DNA of 64,000 nt from Bdellovibrionales bacterium (GTDB lineage: Bacteria; Bdellovibrionota; Bdellovibrionia; Bdellovibrionales; UBA1609). Positions 19,800 through 30,330 of the stretch are shown here, one piece after another (position 1 is the first letter of the stretch; every line of letters begins with the position of its first letter). Location of the stretch: positions 1-64,000 of the forward strand of contig DAHVQG010000009.1 in the NCBI GenBank assembly GCA_027317865.1, given 5' to 3'. Both the position numbers and the translations under genes were made by a program. Under the pieces are notes generated by a model. The model was not told the origin of the DNA and searched no databases. It saw only the letters and a list, made by a program, of their open reading frames with translations.

Positions 19800-20873
19800 A
19801 TGCCAACGAATATTCGCGTTCTAATTGTCGATGACTCGAAAGATGACGCGGATTTAATAATAGCCAATCTAAAGAGGTATGGTTTTCTTGTCGTTTGTCG
19901 CAGGGTCGAATCATCTGAGGAGTTTGACGAGGCGTTCTCCTCGAGCGTGTGGGATGCCGTTCTTTGCGATTACTCAATGCCTAAACTCGACGCGCCCACA
20001 GTGCTGGGAAAAATGAAAGAGCACGATGACGTCCCTTGTTTTATAGTTTCCGGCAGCATCGGTGAGGAGCGAGCCGTCGAATTGATGCGGTTAGGTGCCC
20101 ACGATTTTATTTTGAAAGATCGGCTCGTAAAACTGGGCCCCGCCCTTATGCGGGGGATTTCAGATGCCAACGAGCGCAAAGAGCGAAAACGTCTCGAAAA
20201 GTCGTTGGCAGTTAGTGAGTTAAATTTGAATCGATTGCGAAGGTTTTTTTCTCCGCAAATAGCTGACGCGATTTTGTCGGGTAAGGCCGATGATCCTTTC
20301 AAGTGGCATCGCAGTGACGTAATCGTATTGTTTATTGATCTCAGAGGTTTTACCCAATTTTCAGAGTTGGCGTCAGCCGAGCAAGTGATGGAGACGTTGC
20401 AGATATATTATTCGACTATAGCAAAAGTGGCGCATTTTCATTCGGGCTCAGTGGGGCACATCGCCGGTGATGGGATTATGATGATTTTTAACGATCCGCT
20501 TGAACTTGAGCGGCCTCGGTCTCGAGCGCTAGATGCGGCTTTGAACGTACGCGCGGCTCTTAGTGATTTGGGCGCTACGAGCCATGCCCATTTGTCATTG
20601 AATTTTGGTATTGGGTTAGCCGAAGGCCTGGCCACTATTGGCGGTATAGGTGAAATGGGTTGCTGGGATTACACAGTCGTTGGCACTGTGCCGAACCTCG
20701 CGTCCCGGCTTTGTGCAAGTGCAACTGACGGGCAAATTCTAGTATCGCATCGTTTTCTAAGCCGCCTTGAAGAATCATTTGAGTCGGAAAGTTTGGGGGC
20801 AAAAAGCCTCAGAGGCTTGAAAGACGCGGTTAAAGTATTCAATGTTCTGAGTAAAAAATCAGTGACGCAATGA
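19800..20873 (+). CDS. REC + class III nucleotide cyclase
   Basis: REC domain followed by LFIDLRGFT, AGDGIM, DYTVVG..NLASRL. Confidence 0.9.
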   Translation: MPTNIRVLIVDDSKDDADLIIANLKRYGFLVVCRRVESSEEFDEAFSSSVWDAVLCDYSMPKLDAPTVLGKMKEHDDVPCFIVSGSIGEERAVELMRLGAHDFILKDRLVKLGPALMRGISDANERKERKRLEKSLAVSELNLNRLRRFFSPQIADAILSGKADDPFKWHRSDVIVLFIDLRGFTQFSELASAEQVMETLQIYYSTIAKVAHFHSGSVGHIAGDGIMMIFNDPLELERPRSRALDAALNVRAALSDLGATSHAHLSLNFGIGLAEGLATIGGIGEMGCWDYTVVGTVPNLASRLCASATDGQILVSHRFLSRLEESFESESLGAKSLRGLKDAVKVFNVLSKKSVTQ

Positions 20874-20898
20874 ACGAAAAATTCGTGAGGAGAATGTT

Positions 20899-22467
20899 TT
20901 GCCAAAAACGGCCCGGGTTCTAATCGTCGAAGATTCGGTCGACGACTGTGATTTAATGGTAAATTCACTCAAAAAAGAAGGTTTTGACGTTGTCTATAGG
21001 CGCGTCGAAAGTGGACGGGACCTCATATCTGCACTCAATGAATCGGTATGGGACATCGTGATTTCTGATTATAATCTGCCGTCGTTCAACGGAATGGACG
21101 CCCTGAAGCTGGTACGAGCGAAAGACGCCGATATTCCGTTTGTTTTACGTTCGGGAACAGTCGGGGAATCCGTTGCAGTCGCGGCAATGAAATCGGGCGC
21201 AAGTGATTATATAATGAAAGACGATTCTTTGCGCCTTGTTCCGGCTATCGAACGTCAGCTCAAAGAAGCGGGTGAGCGCAAAGCACTGGCAAAAGCTCTT
21301 CGCGAAAGCGAAGAGTTAGTCCGACAATCGCAAAAAATAGAGGCCATCGGGCAACTTGCCGGCGGCATTGCGCACGATTTCAATAACATTCTTGCGATTA
21401 TCCTGTTGAGTATTGACCGGTTAATTGATTACCTGCAGAGACAGCCCAATGCGCCGGTAAATGTGGCAACCGACATTAAGAAAACGGCCGAACGTGCTGC
21501 GGAACTCACCCGTCAACTCCTGGCGTTTGGACGTCGACAACATCTTGAGCCAAAGATTCTTGACGTCAACGAAAGCATAACGAGTACGGTTCAGTTGCTT
21601 AAGCGACTGGTAGGGGAAAACATCGAAATTCAAACTCGGCTTGAGCCTGGTTTAAAACCAATTTATGTCGACCCATCGCAACTGACACAAGTGATATTGA
21701 ATCTTGCCGTCAACGCGCGCGACGCCATGCCCGATGGCGGTAGACTAACTATCGAAACAAATAACATCGATTTAAATGAAACCTACCGCAGACGGCACAT
21801 TGGCGTCAAGCCGGGACCCTATGTCATGTTGTCGATATCAGACACGGGGTCAGGTATAGAAGCCGAACTCACGAGTCGAATCTTTGAACCATTTTTTACA
21901 ACAAAAGAAAAAGGTAAAGGGACTGGCCTGGGCCTTTCAACTGTTCTTGGAATTGTAAAACAAAGCGGCGGGGACATTTCGCTGCATAGTGAAATTGGAG
22001 TTGGTACGACATTTAACATATTCCTTCCGCAGCACACGGTGGGAGAGAATATCCTCCGAGAAAGATCCGAACCCCAAATCTTGTTAAAAAATAGCGGACG
22101 AATCTTGCTGGTTGAAGATGAAGAAATTCTCCGCGAGGTCGCAGCTCAAGTTCTTCGAGAAGCCGGATACGAAGTTATTATAACGAAAAATGGTTCCGAA
22201 GCCCTTGAGTTTATTAATAAGAAAACAGAATCCATTGACCTAATTTTGACCGACATGGTGATGCCCGGCATGAGTGGACCGGAACTCATTCAAAAGATTC
22301 GCGCGATTTCGACTGCAAGCGCGAAGTCAGCGCGAGTTATTTTCATGTCGGGATATTCTGCGCCTGAAACGTTGGATTCAACAATAGCCGCGGGAAAGGC
22401 CGTCTTTCTTCAAAAACCATTCACTTCCGATCGTTTACTAAAGAAAGTTGCAGAGTCATTGTCATAA
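20899..22467 (+). CDS. Hybrid histidine kinase REC-HisKA-HATPase-REC (CckA-like core)
   Basis: AHDFNN, NARDAMP, FFTTK, GTGLGL; REC domains at both ends. Confidence 0.92.
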   Translation: MPKTARVLIVEDSVDDCDLMVNSLKKEGFDVVYRRVESGRDLISALNESVWDIVISDYNLPSFNGMDALKLVRAKDADIPFVLRSGTVGESVAVAAMKSGASDYIMKDDSLRLVPAIERQLKEAGERKALAKALRESEELVRQSQKIEAIGQLAGGIAHDFNNILAIILLSIDRLIDYLQRQPNAPVNVATDIKKTAERAAELTRQLLAFGRRQHLEPKILDVNESITSTVQLLKRLVGENIEIQTRLEPGLKPIYVDPSQLTQVILNLAVNARDAMPDGGRLTIETNNIDLNETYRRRHIGVKPGPYVMLSISDTGSGIEAELTSRIFEPFFTTKEKGKGTGLGLSTVLGIVKQSGGDISLHSEIGVGTTFNIFLPQHTVGENILRERSEPQILLKNSGRILLVEDEEILREVAAQVLREAGYEVIITKNGSEALEFINKKTESIDLILTDMVMPGMSGPELIQKIRAISTASAKSARVIFMSGYSAPETLDSTIAAGKAVFLQKPFTSDRLLKKVAESLS

Positions 22468-22482
22468 TGCTTTGACGTTGAC

Positions 22483-24327
22483 TTAGCGTCGCTTCTCAAG
22501 TTCTTCCCAACGCTTGTACTTTGCGTCGATGGTTTCTTGAAGTTTCGCCATATCCATATGAAGTTTGGCCATCTTTTGATGGTCTTTCAAAAAATCCATA
22601 TTCAAACTTTGCGCCGTAAGTGCTTCGAGTTCTGCTTCGAGATTCTGGATGAGAGAGTCCATCTTTTCGAGCTCAAGTTTTTCTTTAGATGACAATCGCC
22701 CGGGAGTTTCAATATTGGGTTTGGGCTTCGTTGCGTCTATTTTTTTTGTTATTTGTTTATGTGAGTTGGATTTTGCAGTTTCATTTATGAATCCTGTGTA
22801 CCATTCTTCCCATTGAAGATAGCTTGAAAATAATTGAAGCTTGCGGTCCGGACAACCTTCAGGCGGAAACGCCAAAATTTGACTTGAAACCGCATCCATA
22901 AAATAACGGTCGTGGGTAACCAGAATTACGGCGCCGTTAAATTCGGTGAGAGCATTTTCTAAAACTTCAAGTGTGTCGGAATCTAAATCATTAGTTGGCT
23001 CGTCAAGCACGAGCACCTGAGCCTCTTTTAGCATGAGTTGGGCCAATCGCAGGCGAGCCTGCTCACCACCTGAGAGTTTTGCCACGGGCAAGTCGACTTT
23101 ATTGCCCGAAAATAAAAATCGATCAAGATAGCTGCGCGCATGCATGTGTTGATCACGATAGGTGACAAAGTCGCCGTGCGGGCAAATATTCTTAAAAACG
23201 CTTTGTGCAGGATTCAACGTCTCTCGGTTTTGCTCGAAATAAGAGATGTTGACGTCGCTTGCAAGCGATGATTCGGTGGCACCGATTTTTACTCGGCCAG
23301 TGTCGGGTTTTTCGTAACCGAGAATTGTTCGAATTAGCGTCGATTTACCGCAGCCATTATGACCCAATATTCCAAGTCGAGTTTTCGGAGTGATTAAGAC
23401 GTCTAACCCATCAAAAAGCGCTTCGCCATTGAAAGACTTCGAAATGCCAACTGCTTCGATCAGCTTCTTTGGTGTTTTATCGAGCTCGCCGAAGTCTAAA
23501 TTTACCTTTTGGCGGCGGTTTTTCTCCGAAAGATCGCTGACATTTTCAGCGAGCTCATGCGTCGCCTCAATGCGCGCCTTTTGTTTCGTCTGCCGTGCCT
23601 TAGCCCCTCGACGTAGCCATTCTGTTTCTCGGCGAAGTGTATTGCGCAAAACCCTTTCGTGACGGGCTTGAGCATTCAGTTCTTGCTCTTTGATCTCAAG
23701 ATATTTGAGGTAATCACCGGGCACATTGAGAAGTTCATTCGGGTTGTGTGGGTCGAGATCCATTATTCGGGTCACAACGCGCTGTAAAAATAGACGGTCG
23801 TGAGTGACAATAATCATCGCGGTTGAAAGTTCGCATAGATACTGCTCAAGCCATAGAATACTCGTCACGTCCAAGTGGTTTGTTGGTTCATCGAGTAGGA
23901 GTAATTCGGGTTCGCGCACAAGCTCGCGCGCGAGGGCGAGCCGCTTCTGCCATCCCCCAGAAAGTTTGTGAGCTAAAAATGATTCACCAAATCGATAAAA
24001 ATCCATCACGGCCATCAGCTCGTAAGCGAGCGCGTAAGCGTCATCTGGATCATCGCATCTCGATATCATGGCTTCTATAATGGTTTCATTTTGGTTGAAC
24101 GTTGGAGTTTGTTCGAGATAACCAAGCCGAAGCCCCTTTTTTCTGCTGATTTGCCCGGAATCAAGTTCTACTGATCCGGCAAGAATTTTTAATAAGGTAG
24201 ATTTACCCGCACCGTTGGGCCCAAGAAGACCCACGCGTTCGCGTTCATCCACGCCAAAACTGATGCTGCTAAAAAGCGTTTTGCTAGAGAAGGACTTTTC
24301 TAGTTTATGGGCGTTAATTAATATCAT
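22483..24327 (-). CDS. uup: ABC-F family ATPase (Uup-like)
   Basis: Two ABC cassettes (GPNGAGKS/DEPTNHLD and GHNGCGKS/DEPTNDLD); C-terminal coiled coil ending RWEELE. Confidence 0.85.
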   Translation of the reverse strand: MILINAHKLEKSFSSKTLFSSISFGVDERERVGLLGPNGAGKSTLLKILAGSVELDSGQISRKKGLRLGYLEQTPTFNQNETIIEAMISRCDDPDDAYALAYELMAVMDFYRFGESFLAHKLSGGWQKRLALARELVREPELLLLDEPTNHLDVTSILWLEQYLCELSTAMIIVTHDRLFLQRVVTRIMDLDPHNPNELLNVPGDYLKYLEIKEQELNAQARHERVLRNTLRRETEWLRRGAKARQTKQKARIEATHELAENVSDLSEKNRRQKVNLDFGELDKTPKKLIEAVGISKSFNGEALFDGLDVLITPKTRLGILGHNGCGKSTLIRTILGYEKPDTGRVKIGATESSLASDVNISYFEQNRETLNPAQSVFKNICPHGDFVTYRDQHMHARSYLDRFLFSGNKVDLPVAKLSGGEQARLRLAQLMLKEAQVLVLDEPTNDLDSDTLEVLENALTEFNGAVILVTHDRYFMDAVSSQILAFPPEGCPDRKLQLFSSYLQWEEWYTGFINETAKSNSHKQITKKIDATKPKPNIETPGRLSSKEKLELEKMDSLIQNLEAELEALTAQSLNMDFLKDHQKMAKLHMDMAKLQETIDAKYKRWEELEKRR

Positions 24328-24375
24328 TGAGAGTGTGGGTCTCCAACTGGTATAAACTTTGTAGTATCTAAACTT

Positions 24376-25110
24376 ATGTCATTTTTGCTGCGAACTTATT
24401 CGATTCGATGCCTAGTTTTGTCTATTTGTTTGACATTTGTCCAACTGTATTTGGCAGCCCCGTCTTACGCTACTAATATAGAAAATTTCGACTGCGCCGA
24501 GCTGATCAGAAATCCAAATGTGACGGTATCCAAAAGTATCGGCGGGGTCGTACACACCGTATGGGTTCAAAGAAGTTCGAAAGGGCTAAGCCATTACTTA
24601 AGAACCGATCGTGATATCGCCGCGGTGGCGCGAGTTTATGATTTGGACGTAAAAGATTTTCTCGATTTGTTTGCTGGCAAAATTCTAGACGCAGGTGCGG
24701 GCGACGGAGCGTTTGTAACCGAAATGCGTCAACACGGTTATAATATTTCCGGAGTTGATATATTTCTAACTCCGATTCAAGAAGCGCAACCGGAAGTCTT
24801 TACTCGCCAAGACTTGGCTCATTTAAAATGGCCGAATGGCTCATTTGATCGAATTATTTCAACTCAGTCCGTGTTAACCTACGAGCTAATACGAAGAAGC
24901 TCAAAGGCTCCAGACGATTCACTGTCGATTCAAGTTCTTCGCGAGTTTAAGCGCTTGCTGAAGCCAGGGGGCGAAATTCTTATTGCTCCTATACCTGACG
25001 ATGGAGTCTTCGAATCAATCCTGTCAAACCTTAAAGGTCTCGTTGTTGTAAGAAAATTAATCTCAAAACATACCGCCGCTTATATCTATATTTTAATGAA
25101 GACCGAATGA
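24376..25110 (+). CDS. Class I SAM-dependent methyltransferase with N-terminal signal-like segment
   Basis: ILDAGAGDG, SFDRII, LKPGG motifs. Confidence 0.82.
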   Translation: MSFLLRTYSIRCLVLSICLTFVQLYLAAPSYATNIENFDCAELIRNPNVTVSKSIGGVVHTVWVQRSSKGLSHYLRTDRDIAAVARVYDLDVKDFLDLFAGKILDAGAGDGAFVTEMRQHGYNISGVDIFLTPIQEAQPEVFTRQDLAHLKWPNGSFDRIISTQSVLTYELIRRSSKAPDDSLSIQVLREFKRLLKPGGEILIAPIPDDGVFESILSNLKGLVVVRKLISKHTAAYIYILMKTE

Positions 25111-25122
25111 AACTCATCGCGT

Positions 25123-26292
25123 TTAAAGCGAATCGATTAGGCGATCGTAAATCTTAGCGAGCACGCGACCCTGCGTGCGGGCGTTGTATTGCTGATCCAC
25201 ATGGGTACGGCCGGCATGTCCCATAGCGGGCCAGGTCTGCGGAGCTTCAACGAGATCGATGAGTTGTTGACCCAGCGTCTCCCAATCGCGTTCTTCAGAA
25301 ATCTTCGCGCTTTTGTCTTTCAAGACGCACTCGGGATTATCAGCATGCCGAGTCGTGAGAATAGGCATCCCCGTGGCTTGAGCATCGAGAACCGCTACGG
25401 GATAACCGCCCTCGGTGTTGCCGTTGCTGGCAGTGACGCTCGGTTGAATAAAAAGATCGGCCCGCATCATTTCGTCGACCAATGTACTGTAGGGCACAAA
25501 ACCTTTGAGTTCCACCGCATCTCCAACGCCAAGTTCAGCGATGAGACTTTCAATCTCTTTGCGGTTTGGTCCGTCGCCGATGATACGAAACCGTAAATGT
25601 TTGTGACGTTTATGGGCCTTCGCAAACGCGCGGATGGCATAGGGCAACCCCTTTTTTTCACCGAAATTCGCGGCAAATAGCAGCGTGATGTTTTCACCTT
25701 CGTGCCATGTGCGTTCGCGAAATGGGTAGTGCTCAACATCAACACCGAGGTGAAAAATTGTGATCTTGTTTTCGGGGCAGCCCATGTCCATCACGCTCTT
25801 CTTCATGGCATTGCCGATTACGAGAAACAATTCGCCATCGCGAAACAGTTCGTGATAGCGCCGCTGATATTTGGCGCTTTTTGCCAGCGACGACATTTCG
25901 TAACCGTAAAAGAACGTTGCTAGCGGTACGTTCATTTTTCGTTTAAGACCCAAAGCTTTGTACCCGTAGTGCCCGAAGTGGGCCTGGATGAGCGACGGTT
26001 TGTTTTGTGAAGCGAAAGCCGGGTAATAGCCCCGCAACCGGTAGGCAACTTTGTTGTAGATCTGCCGTGCTGAACTCAACGAATCGAGACTATAAATGTT
26101 TTCTGTTGGGAAGATATCGAGGTTCTCCGTTGATTGTGTAACTACTTGGTGGCGGTACTCGTTATTATACTGAATTTGATTGTATACCCAGGTCATTGTG
26201 ACCTTGAGATACTCTCCCAGGTAGTGCAGTACGCACTTGTCGTCAGGTGCGGCTGTGCTTGAACCTGCAGCCGTGGTCGAACTAGAACTCAT
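25123..26292 (-). CDS. Glycosyltransferase family 4 (WcaL-like)
   Basis: [27 protein letters not shown]; probable ATG 26292. Confidence 0.88.
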   Translation of the reverse strand: MSSSSTTAAGSSTAAPDDKCVLHYLGEYLKVTMTWVYNQIQYNNEYRHQVVTQSTENLDIFPTENIYSLDSLSSARQIYNKVAYRLRGYYPAFASQNKPSLIQAHFGHYGYKALGLKRKMNVPLATFFYGYEMSSLAKSAKYQRRYHELFRDGELFLVIGNAMKKSVMDMGCPENKITIFHLGVDVEHYPFRERTWHEGENITLLFAANFGEKKGLPYAIRAFAKAHKRHKHLRFRIIGDGPNRKEIESLIAELGVGDAVELKGFVPYSTLVDEMMRADLFIQPSVTASNGNTEGGYPVAVLDAQATGMPILTTRHADNPECVLKDKSAKISEERDWETLGQQLIDLVEAPQTWPAMGHAGRTHVDQQYNARTQGRVLAKIYDRLIDSL

Positions 26293-27367
26293 TGAGTACC
26301 TTAGCCACCGTTCGAACGTCTTCTTCAGTATGAAAAGCCGCAATTGGCAAACTCAAAGTGGTCATGTGAATTTCATCTGAGATTGGGAATTCCTGACCGG
26401 CAAAAAAGTGGGCCAAAGCCGGCTGTTTATGCGGCGGAATTGGATAATGAATTTCAGTGCGGATGCCGTGTTTGAGTAAATGATCGCGCAATCGGTCGCG
26501 CTCAGGATGGCGAATATTGAAAATATGAAAAACGTCGAAGTAGTCATCGGAGGTGTGTGGCAGCACAAACTCGCCTTTAATTTCACTCATGTAGATCGAG
26601 GCCAAGTTGCGCTTGTGAGCTGTAATCCGGTCGAGCGAGCGCAATTTTACCCGCAAAAAAGCCGCCTGTATTTCGTCAAGGCGTGAATTCACCCCTTGAA
26701 CGATATTGTGATATTTGACTTTCGAGCCGTAATTGCGAAGAGTGCGCACTTGATCCGCGTGAGTCGCGTCACGGGTGATGACGCCGCCGGCGTCGCCGAG
26801 CGCGCCAAGATTTTTGGTCGGGTAAAAACTAAAGGCGCCGAAATCACCGAAAGTGCCCGAGACCTGACCCTTGTAGCGCGCACCGTGGGCTTGGGCGCAG
26901 TCTTCAACTACGAACAATTTATGTTTTTGGGCAATCTCGGTAATTGCCGCCATTTCGCTCAGCTTACCGTACAGGTGAACCGGTAAAATCGCCCGCGTGT
27001 GTTCGTTAACAGACGCTTCGATTAGGTCGGGGTTCAAATTGTAAGTTTCAATTCGCGGTTCGACGAGAACCGGCTTGAGCCCGCATTGAACGGCTGCCAA
27101 AATTGTTGCGACGTAAGCATTCGAAGGAATAATCACTTCACTCCCGGCGGGGAGATCGAGAGCGCGCAACGCCAAATATATGGCATCGAAACCCGAGGCG
27201 ACGCCGACGCAATGAGAGCTGCCGCAATAATGTGCAAATTCACTTTCAAACTGGTGCACATTATCGCCCAAAATAAAACTGCCGCCGTCGAGAAGACGGT
27301 TTACCGCCGCGAGGTATTCGACCGTAAATGAGGCATTAGTTTTAGCGAGATTTTCGTATTCGATCAT
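26282..27367 (-). CDS. DegT/DnrJ/EryC1/StrS aminotransferase (FdtB-like)
   Basis: [33 protein letters not shown]. Confidence 0.92.
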   Translation of the reverse strand: MIEYENLAKTNASFTVEYLAAVNRLLDGGSFILGDNVHQFESEFAHYCGSSHCVGVASGFDAIYLALRALDLPAGSEVIIPSNAYVATILAAVQCGLKPVLVEPRIETYNLNPDLIEASVNEHTRAILPVHLYGKLSEMAAITEIAQKHKLFVVEDCAQAHGARYKGQVSGTFGDFGAFSFYPTKNLGALGDAGGVITRDATHADQVRTLRNYGSKVKYHNIVQGVNSRLDEIQAAFLRVKLRSLDRITAHKRNLASIYMSEIKGEFVLPHTSDDYFDVFHIFNIRHPERDRLRDHLLKHGIRTEIHYPIPPHKQPALAHFFAGQEFPISDEIHMTTLSLPIAAFHTEEDVRTVAKVLNEF

Positions 27368-27372
27368 ATTTT

Positions 27373-27738
27373 TTATAGCGGCGTTGAAACATAGTCATCT
27401 TTATCGTAAAAATCCGAGCTCATCACCACTACGTAGGCATTTTTACTGAATTCACTTAGAGTATGCCAGTCTTGCGGATCTAAAATCAACAATTGGTTGG
27501 GCCGTTCAAGCCGATAAGTGGTTCGCTTACCGTAGAGTTCGACATCGATTCGACACGACCCATTCAGGCAAATACAGGCTTGTATGATGCGCTTGTGGCG
27601 ATGTCCGGCCCGAACTTCGCCTTCTGGCACACCGTAAATCATGTAGATTCTCTTAATTTCGAACGGCAAAACCCTTTCACAAACAGTCAAATTGCCTCGG
27701 GGATCAGAGTGAGTGGGTAGCTCGATAATTCTTGCCAT
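27373..27738 (-). CDS. FdtA/QdtA cupin sugar 3,4-ketoisomerase
   Basis: [22 protein letters not shown] motifs. Confidence 0.9.
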   Translation of the reverse strand: MARIIELPTHSDPRGNLTVCERVLPFEIKRIYMIYGVPEGEVRAGHRHKRIIQACICLNGSCRIDVELYGKRTTYRLERPNQLLILDPQDWHTLSEFSKNAYVVVMSSDFYDKDDYVSTPL

Positions 27739-27864
27739 CCGGTGATTATGATTAGAGTGAAGGCAAAGTCAATGTGATAGAGTTGTGCTTGAATTATCTG
27801 GCAACTATTAACTACAGTACAAAACCTTGTAATACCGCGTCGAAAGGGTAACAGTGAAAACGGG

Positions 27865-28986
27865 ATGGGCCCGATGACTAACAAACAAACTGCGCTTTAC
27901 ATTAAAGATGATGCCATCGGCGATTTTCTATTTGGCACGGCGATGATCCGCGAATTAAAGCAAAAATACAGCGACGTCTATCTCATTTGCGCAGAAAATG
28001 TGCTTTCCATTGCGGAACTTTACCTACCCAACGAACAAATTTTTGCGGTCGATTTAAAGAAGTTTAAAATCAATCCGTTTTATCGTCAAAAGTTAAAACG
28101 ACAATGGCGGCATTTGCAACCGTCGCTTGTGGTGGCATCAAGTCTTCGCTCGTCGTTTGCCGATCGAGTCACACAGTTTTTCAAGTCAAACGCGCGAAAA
28201 GGCGAAGTTGTCGTTGCGGTCTCAACGGATGAACCTGCGCCAAAAAAAAAGCGCCGGTCGAAAATTTATCAAAAACTCGCTTCTTATCCGCCTGACAGTG
28301 AACACGACACACGATTTTTATGTGGAGCACATACGACGGAACATTTATTACTCGAAGCGGTTATTGGTGGTTCGCTCCCGCCGGAGCGATCGCGGCCGTA
28401 TTTACCGGTCGAAGTGCTGATTCAACGTTCGGCAAATTGGCCGGTTGCAAAAGAAAACTATTTTTGTGTTTTACCGTCAACCGGCGATTCGCGCCGCACT
28501 TATTCGCGGCAAAATATCGTCAAGCTCGCAAAGCAAATCGCGTGCGAGGCAAATATGAAAGCCGTATTTTTATCGGCTGATCCGCTCCCTGAACTTAGTT
28601 TGCTCACAAATCACACGGATCAACTCACGAATGCACTCACGAACGATTTTGCAGTAGATTTAACGACTAAAACTTCAATTGTCGAATCGCTTGCCTTAGT
28701 CGCTCAAGCGAAATTTACGCTAACAAATGAAACGGGCCTCGGACATGCCTCATGGATCATGGGGCGTCCGACTGTGATGATTATGCCGGGCGGAAATTTC
28801 CATTACTTTCACGCAAACGATCCAAATCTGCACGCGGTTTATGATTATCGCGAATGCTTCGATTGCCATCATCGCTGTCGCTATAAATTTGACGAGCGCT
28901 TTCCGTGCATAGAAGAAATACCGTTAAAAAAAATCGAACAGACATTAAAAGATATATTAAAGAAGTTGCCATCAACCGCGCTTTAA
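27865..28986 (+). CDS. Glycosyltransferase family 9 (heptosyltransferase-like)
   Basis: DAIGD, DLTTKTS, NETGLGHAS, C-terminal Cys cluster. Confidence 0.8.
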   Translation: MGPMTNKQTALYIKDDAIGDFLFGTAMIRELKQKYSDVYLICAENVLSIAELYLPNEQIFAVDLKKFKINPFYRQKLKRQWRHLQPSLVVASSLRSSFADRVTQFFKSNARKGEVVVAVSTDEPAPKKKRRSKIYQKLASYPPDSEHDTRFLCGAHTTEHLLLEAVIGGSLPPERSRPYLPVEVLIQRSANWPVAKENYFCVLPSTGDSRRTYSRQNIVKLAKQIACEANMKAVFLSADPLPELSLLTNHTDQLTNALTNDFAVDLTTKTSIVESLALVAQAKFTLTNETGLGHASWIMGRPTVMIMPGGNFHYFHANDPNLHAVYDYRECFDCHHRCRYKFDERFPCIEEIPLKKIEQTLKDILKKLPSTAL

Positions 28987-29006
28987 CAAATGAGACGCCG
29001 AATAGC

Positions 29007-30257
29007 TCAGTTGATATTTTCGAATTCGCCAGTTGAAAGACCGCTATCGCGATCGAATTCTGTTTCAATCATTCCGACCGAACCCGAAACGAATAACGCA
29101 ACAAGGGCGGCTAAGATTGTAGTCGGTAGAAGTTGAATTCCGGCCATTTTGGTGACCACTAACGTAGAACCTAAAGGTGTTTTGGTGACTCCGGTGTTGA
29201 GTGCAGTCATGAAAGCCACCATAAGAACAACTTCGTTTGCGCTCGGAATCAAAACGTGGGCAAATCGGCCAAGAGCGACACCCATGAAAAAAAGCGGAAT
29301 GATAAATCCGCCCTTCCAGTCCGAGCTTAGAGTGATTGTGGTGCCGATGAACTTTGCCAAAAACGCCACTGCAAAAAAACCAAGCGTGGCATGCATCAGT
29401 GCGACAGTCGAAACTTGCACTTCGCCAAACGTTAGGGCATACGGGCTCCATAAAGCCAAACCGACAAGTAATATTCCGCCAACTGCTGATCGAACCCAAA
29501 CCGGGATTTTTTTAAACAGTTTGCCTACCCCCGTATTTGCGTAAGTAAACGCCATCGCCAGTAGTCCGCCAACCAGACCAACAAAAAACGCCCACATAAA
29601 ATCACTTTCATGAATCACGCCAATTGCCGGGAAATGCCAGACCGGTTGAACCCCAAGCCTGCCGGAGATCACGTAAATCACATAACCGCAAAGGGCGCCG
29701 ATCAACGACGGGATTAATGCTTCGTAGTACTCTAAACCGTTACGATGCAAAATCTCGAGTGAAAATACCGCCGCTCCTAAGGGGGCGCCGAACAAAACAG
29801 CGAAACCGGAAGCCATTCCCGTAATCGTTAAAATCCGTCGCCGTTCAACCGGCAATCCAAAGCGCATGGCAAGCCATGATCCAATGGCGCCCGTCGTTTG
29901 AACCAGAGGTGCTTCAGGGCCTGCCGCTCCGCCAGATCCAATGCAGAGAAGCGAAATCGGGACCAATGAGCGCAGAGTCGAAATATCCTGACCTGTCCCG
30001 TGTAAGTTGATATTATTTACTAAAATTTCAACATTGCCGGGCGAGCCAAACCAATAGATCAAGAGCGGTATGATGAGCCCGACCGCGATCATAATAATCA
30101 GTTGCAAAATATGATCTTGCGGGTGGCCGGCGGGGCCAAGCCATTGGCTCGTCAATTTGAGTGCTGTTAAATAAAAGAATCCAACAAGGCCGCCGATTCC
30201 GCCCACACAAATCAATGGTATAAGAAATTTAAATAGTTTTTTTCTAGCCTCGATCAT
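29007..30257 (-). CDS. CLC-family chloride channel/transporter
   Basis: GPEAP gating-Glu motif, FGAPLG..F..E, GGFIIP. Confidence 0.88.
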   Translation of the reverse strand: MIEARKKLFKFLIPLICVGGIGGLVGFFYLTALKLTSQWLGPAGHPQDHILQLIIMIAVGLIIPLLIYWFGSPGNVEILVNNINLHGTGQDISTLRSLVPISLLCIGSGGAAGPEAPLVQTTGAIGSWLAMRFGLPVERRRILTITGMASGFAVLFGAPLGAAVFSLEILHRNGLEYYEALIPSLIGALCGYVIYVISGRLGVQPVWHFPAIGVIHESDFMWAFFVGLVGGLLAMAFTYANTGVGKLFKKIPVWVRSAVGGILLVGLALWSPYALTFGEVQVSTVALMHATLGFFAVAFLAKFIGTTITLSSDWKGGFIIPLFFMGVALGRFAHVLIPSANEVVLMVAFMTALNTGVTKTPLGSTLVVTKMAGIQLLPTTILAALVALFVSGSVGMIETEFDRDSGLSTGEFENIN

Positions 30258-30330
30258 TTCGGCTACGGTCGTACCACAAAATCCAAGCGTTTTCAGGGTA
30301 AATAAAAGGGGTCATTTCACTCTTCGGCGC

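Noticed and set aside
29007..30257. CLC as a fluoride exporter (CLC-F)
   Set aside because: It has GPEAP/GGFIIP rather than GREGT/GEVTP and has no riboswitch
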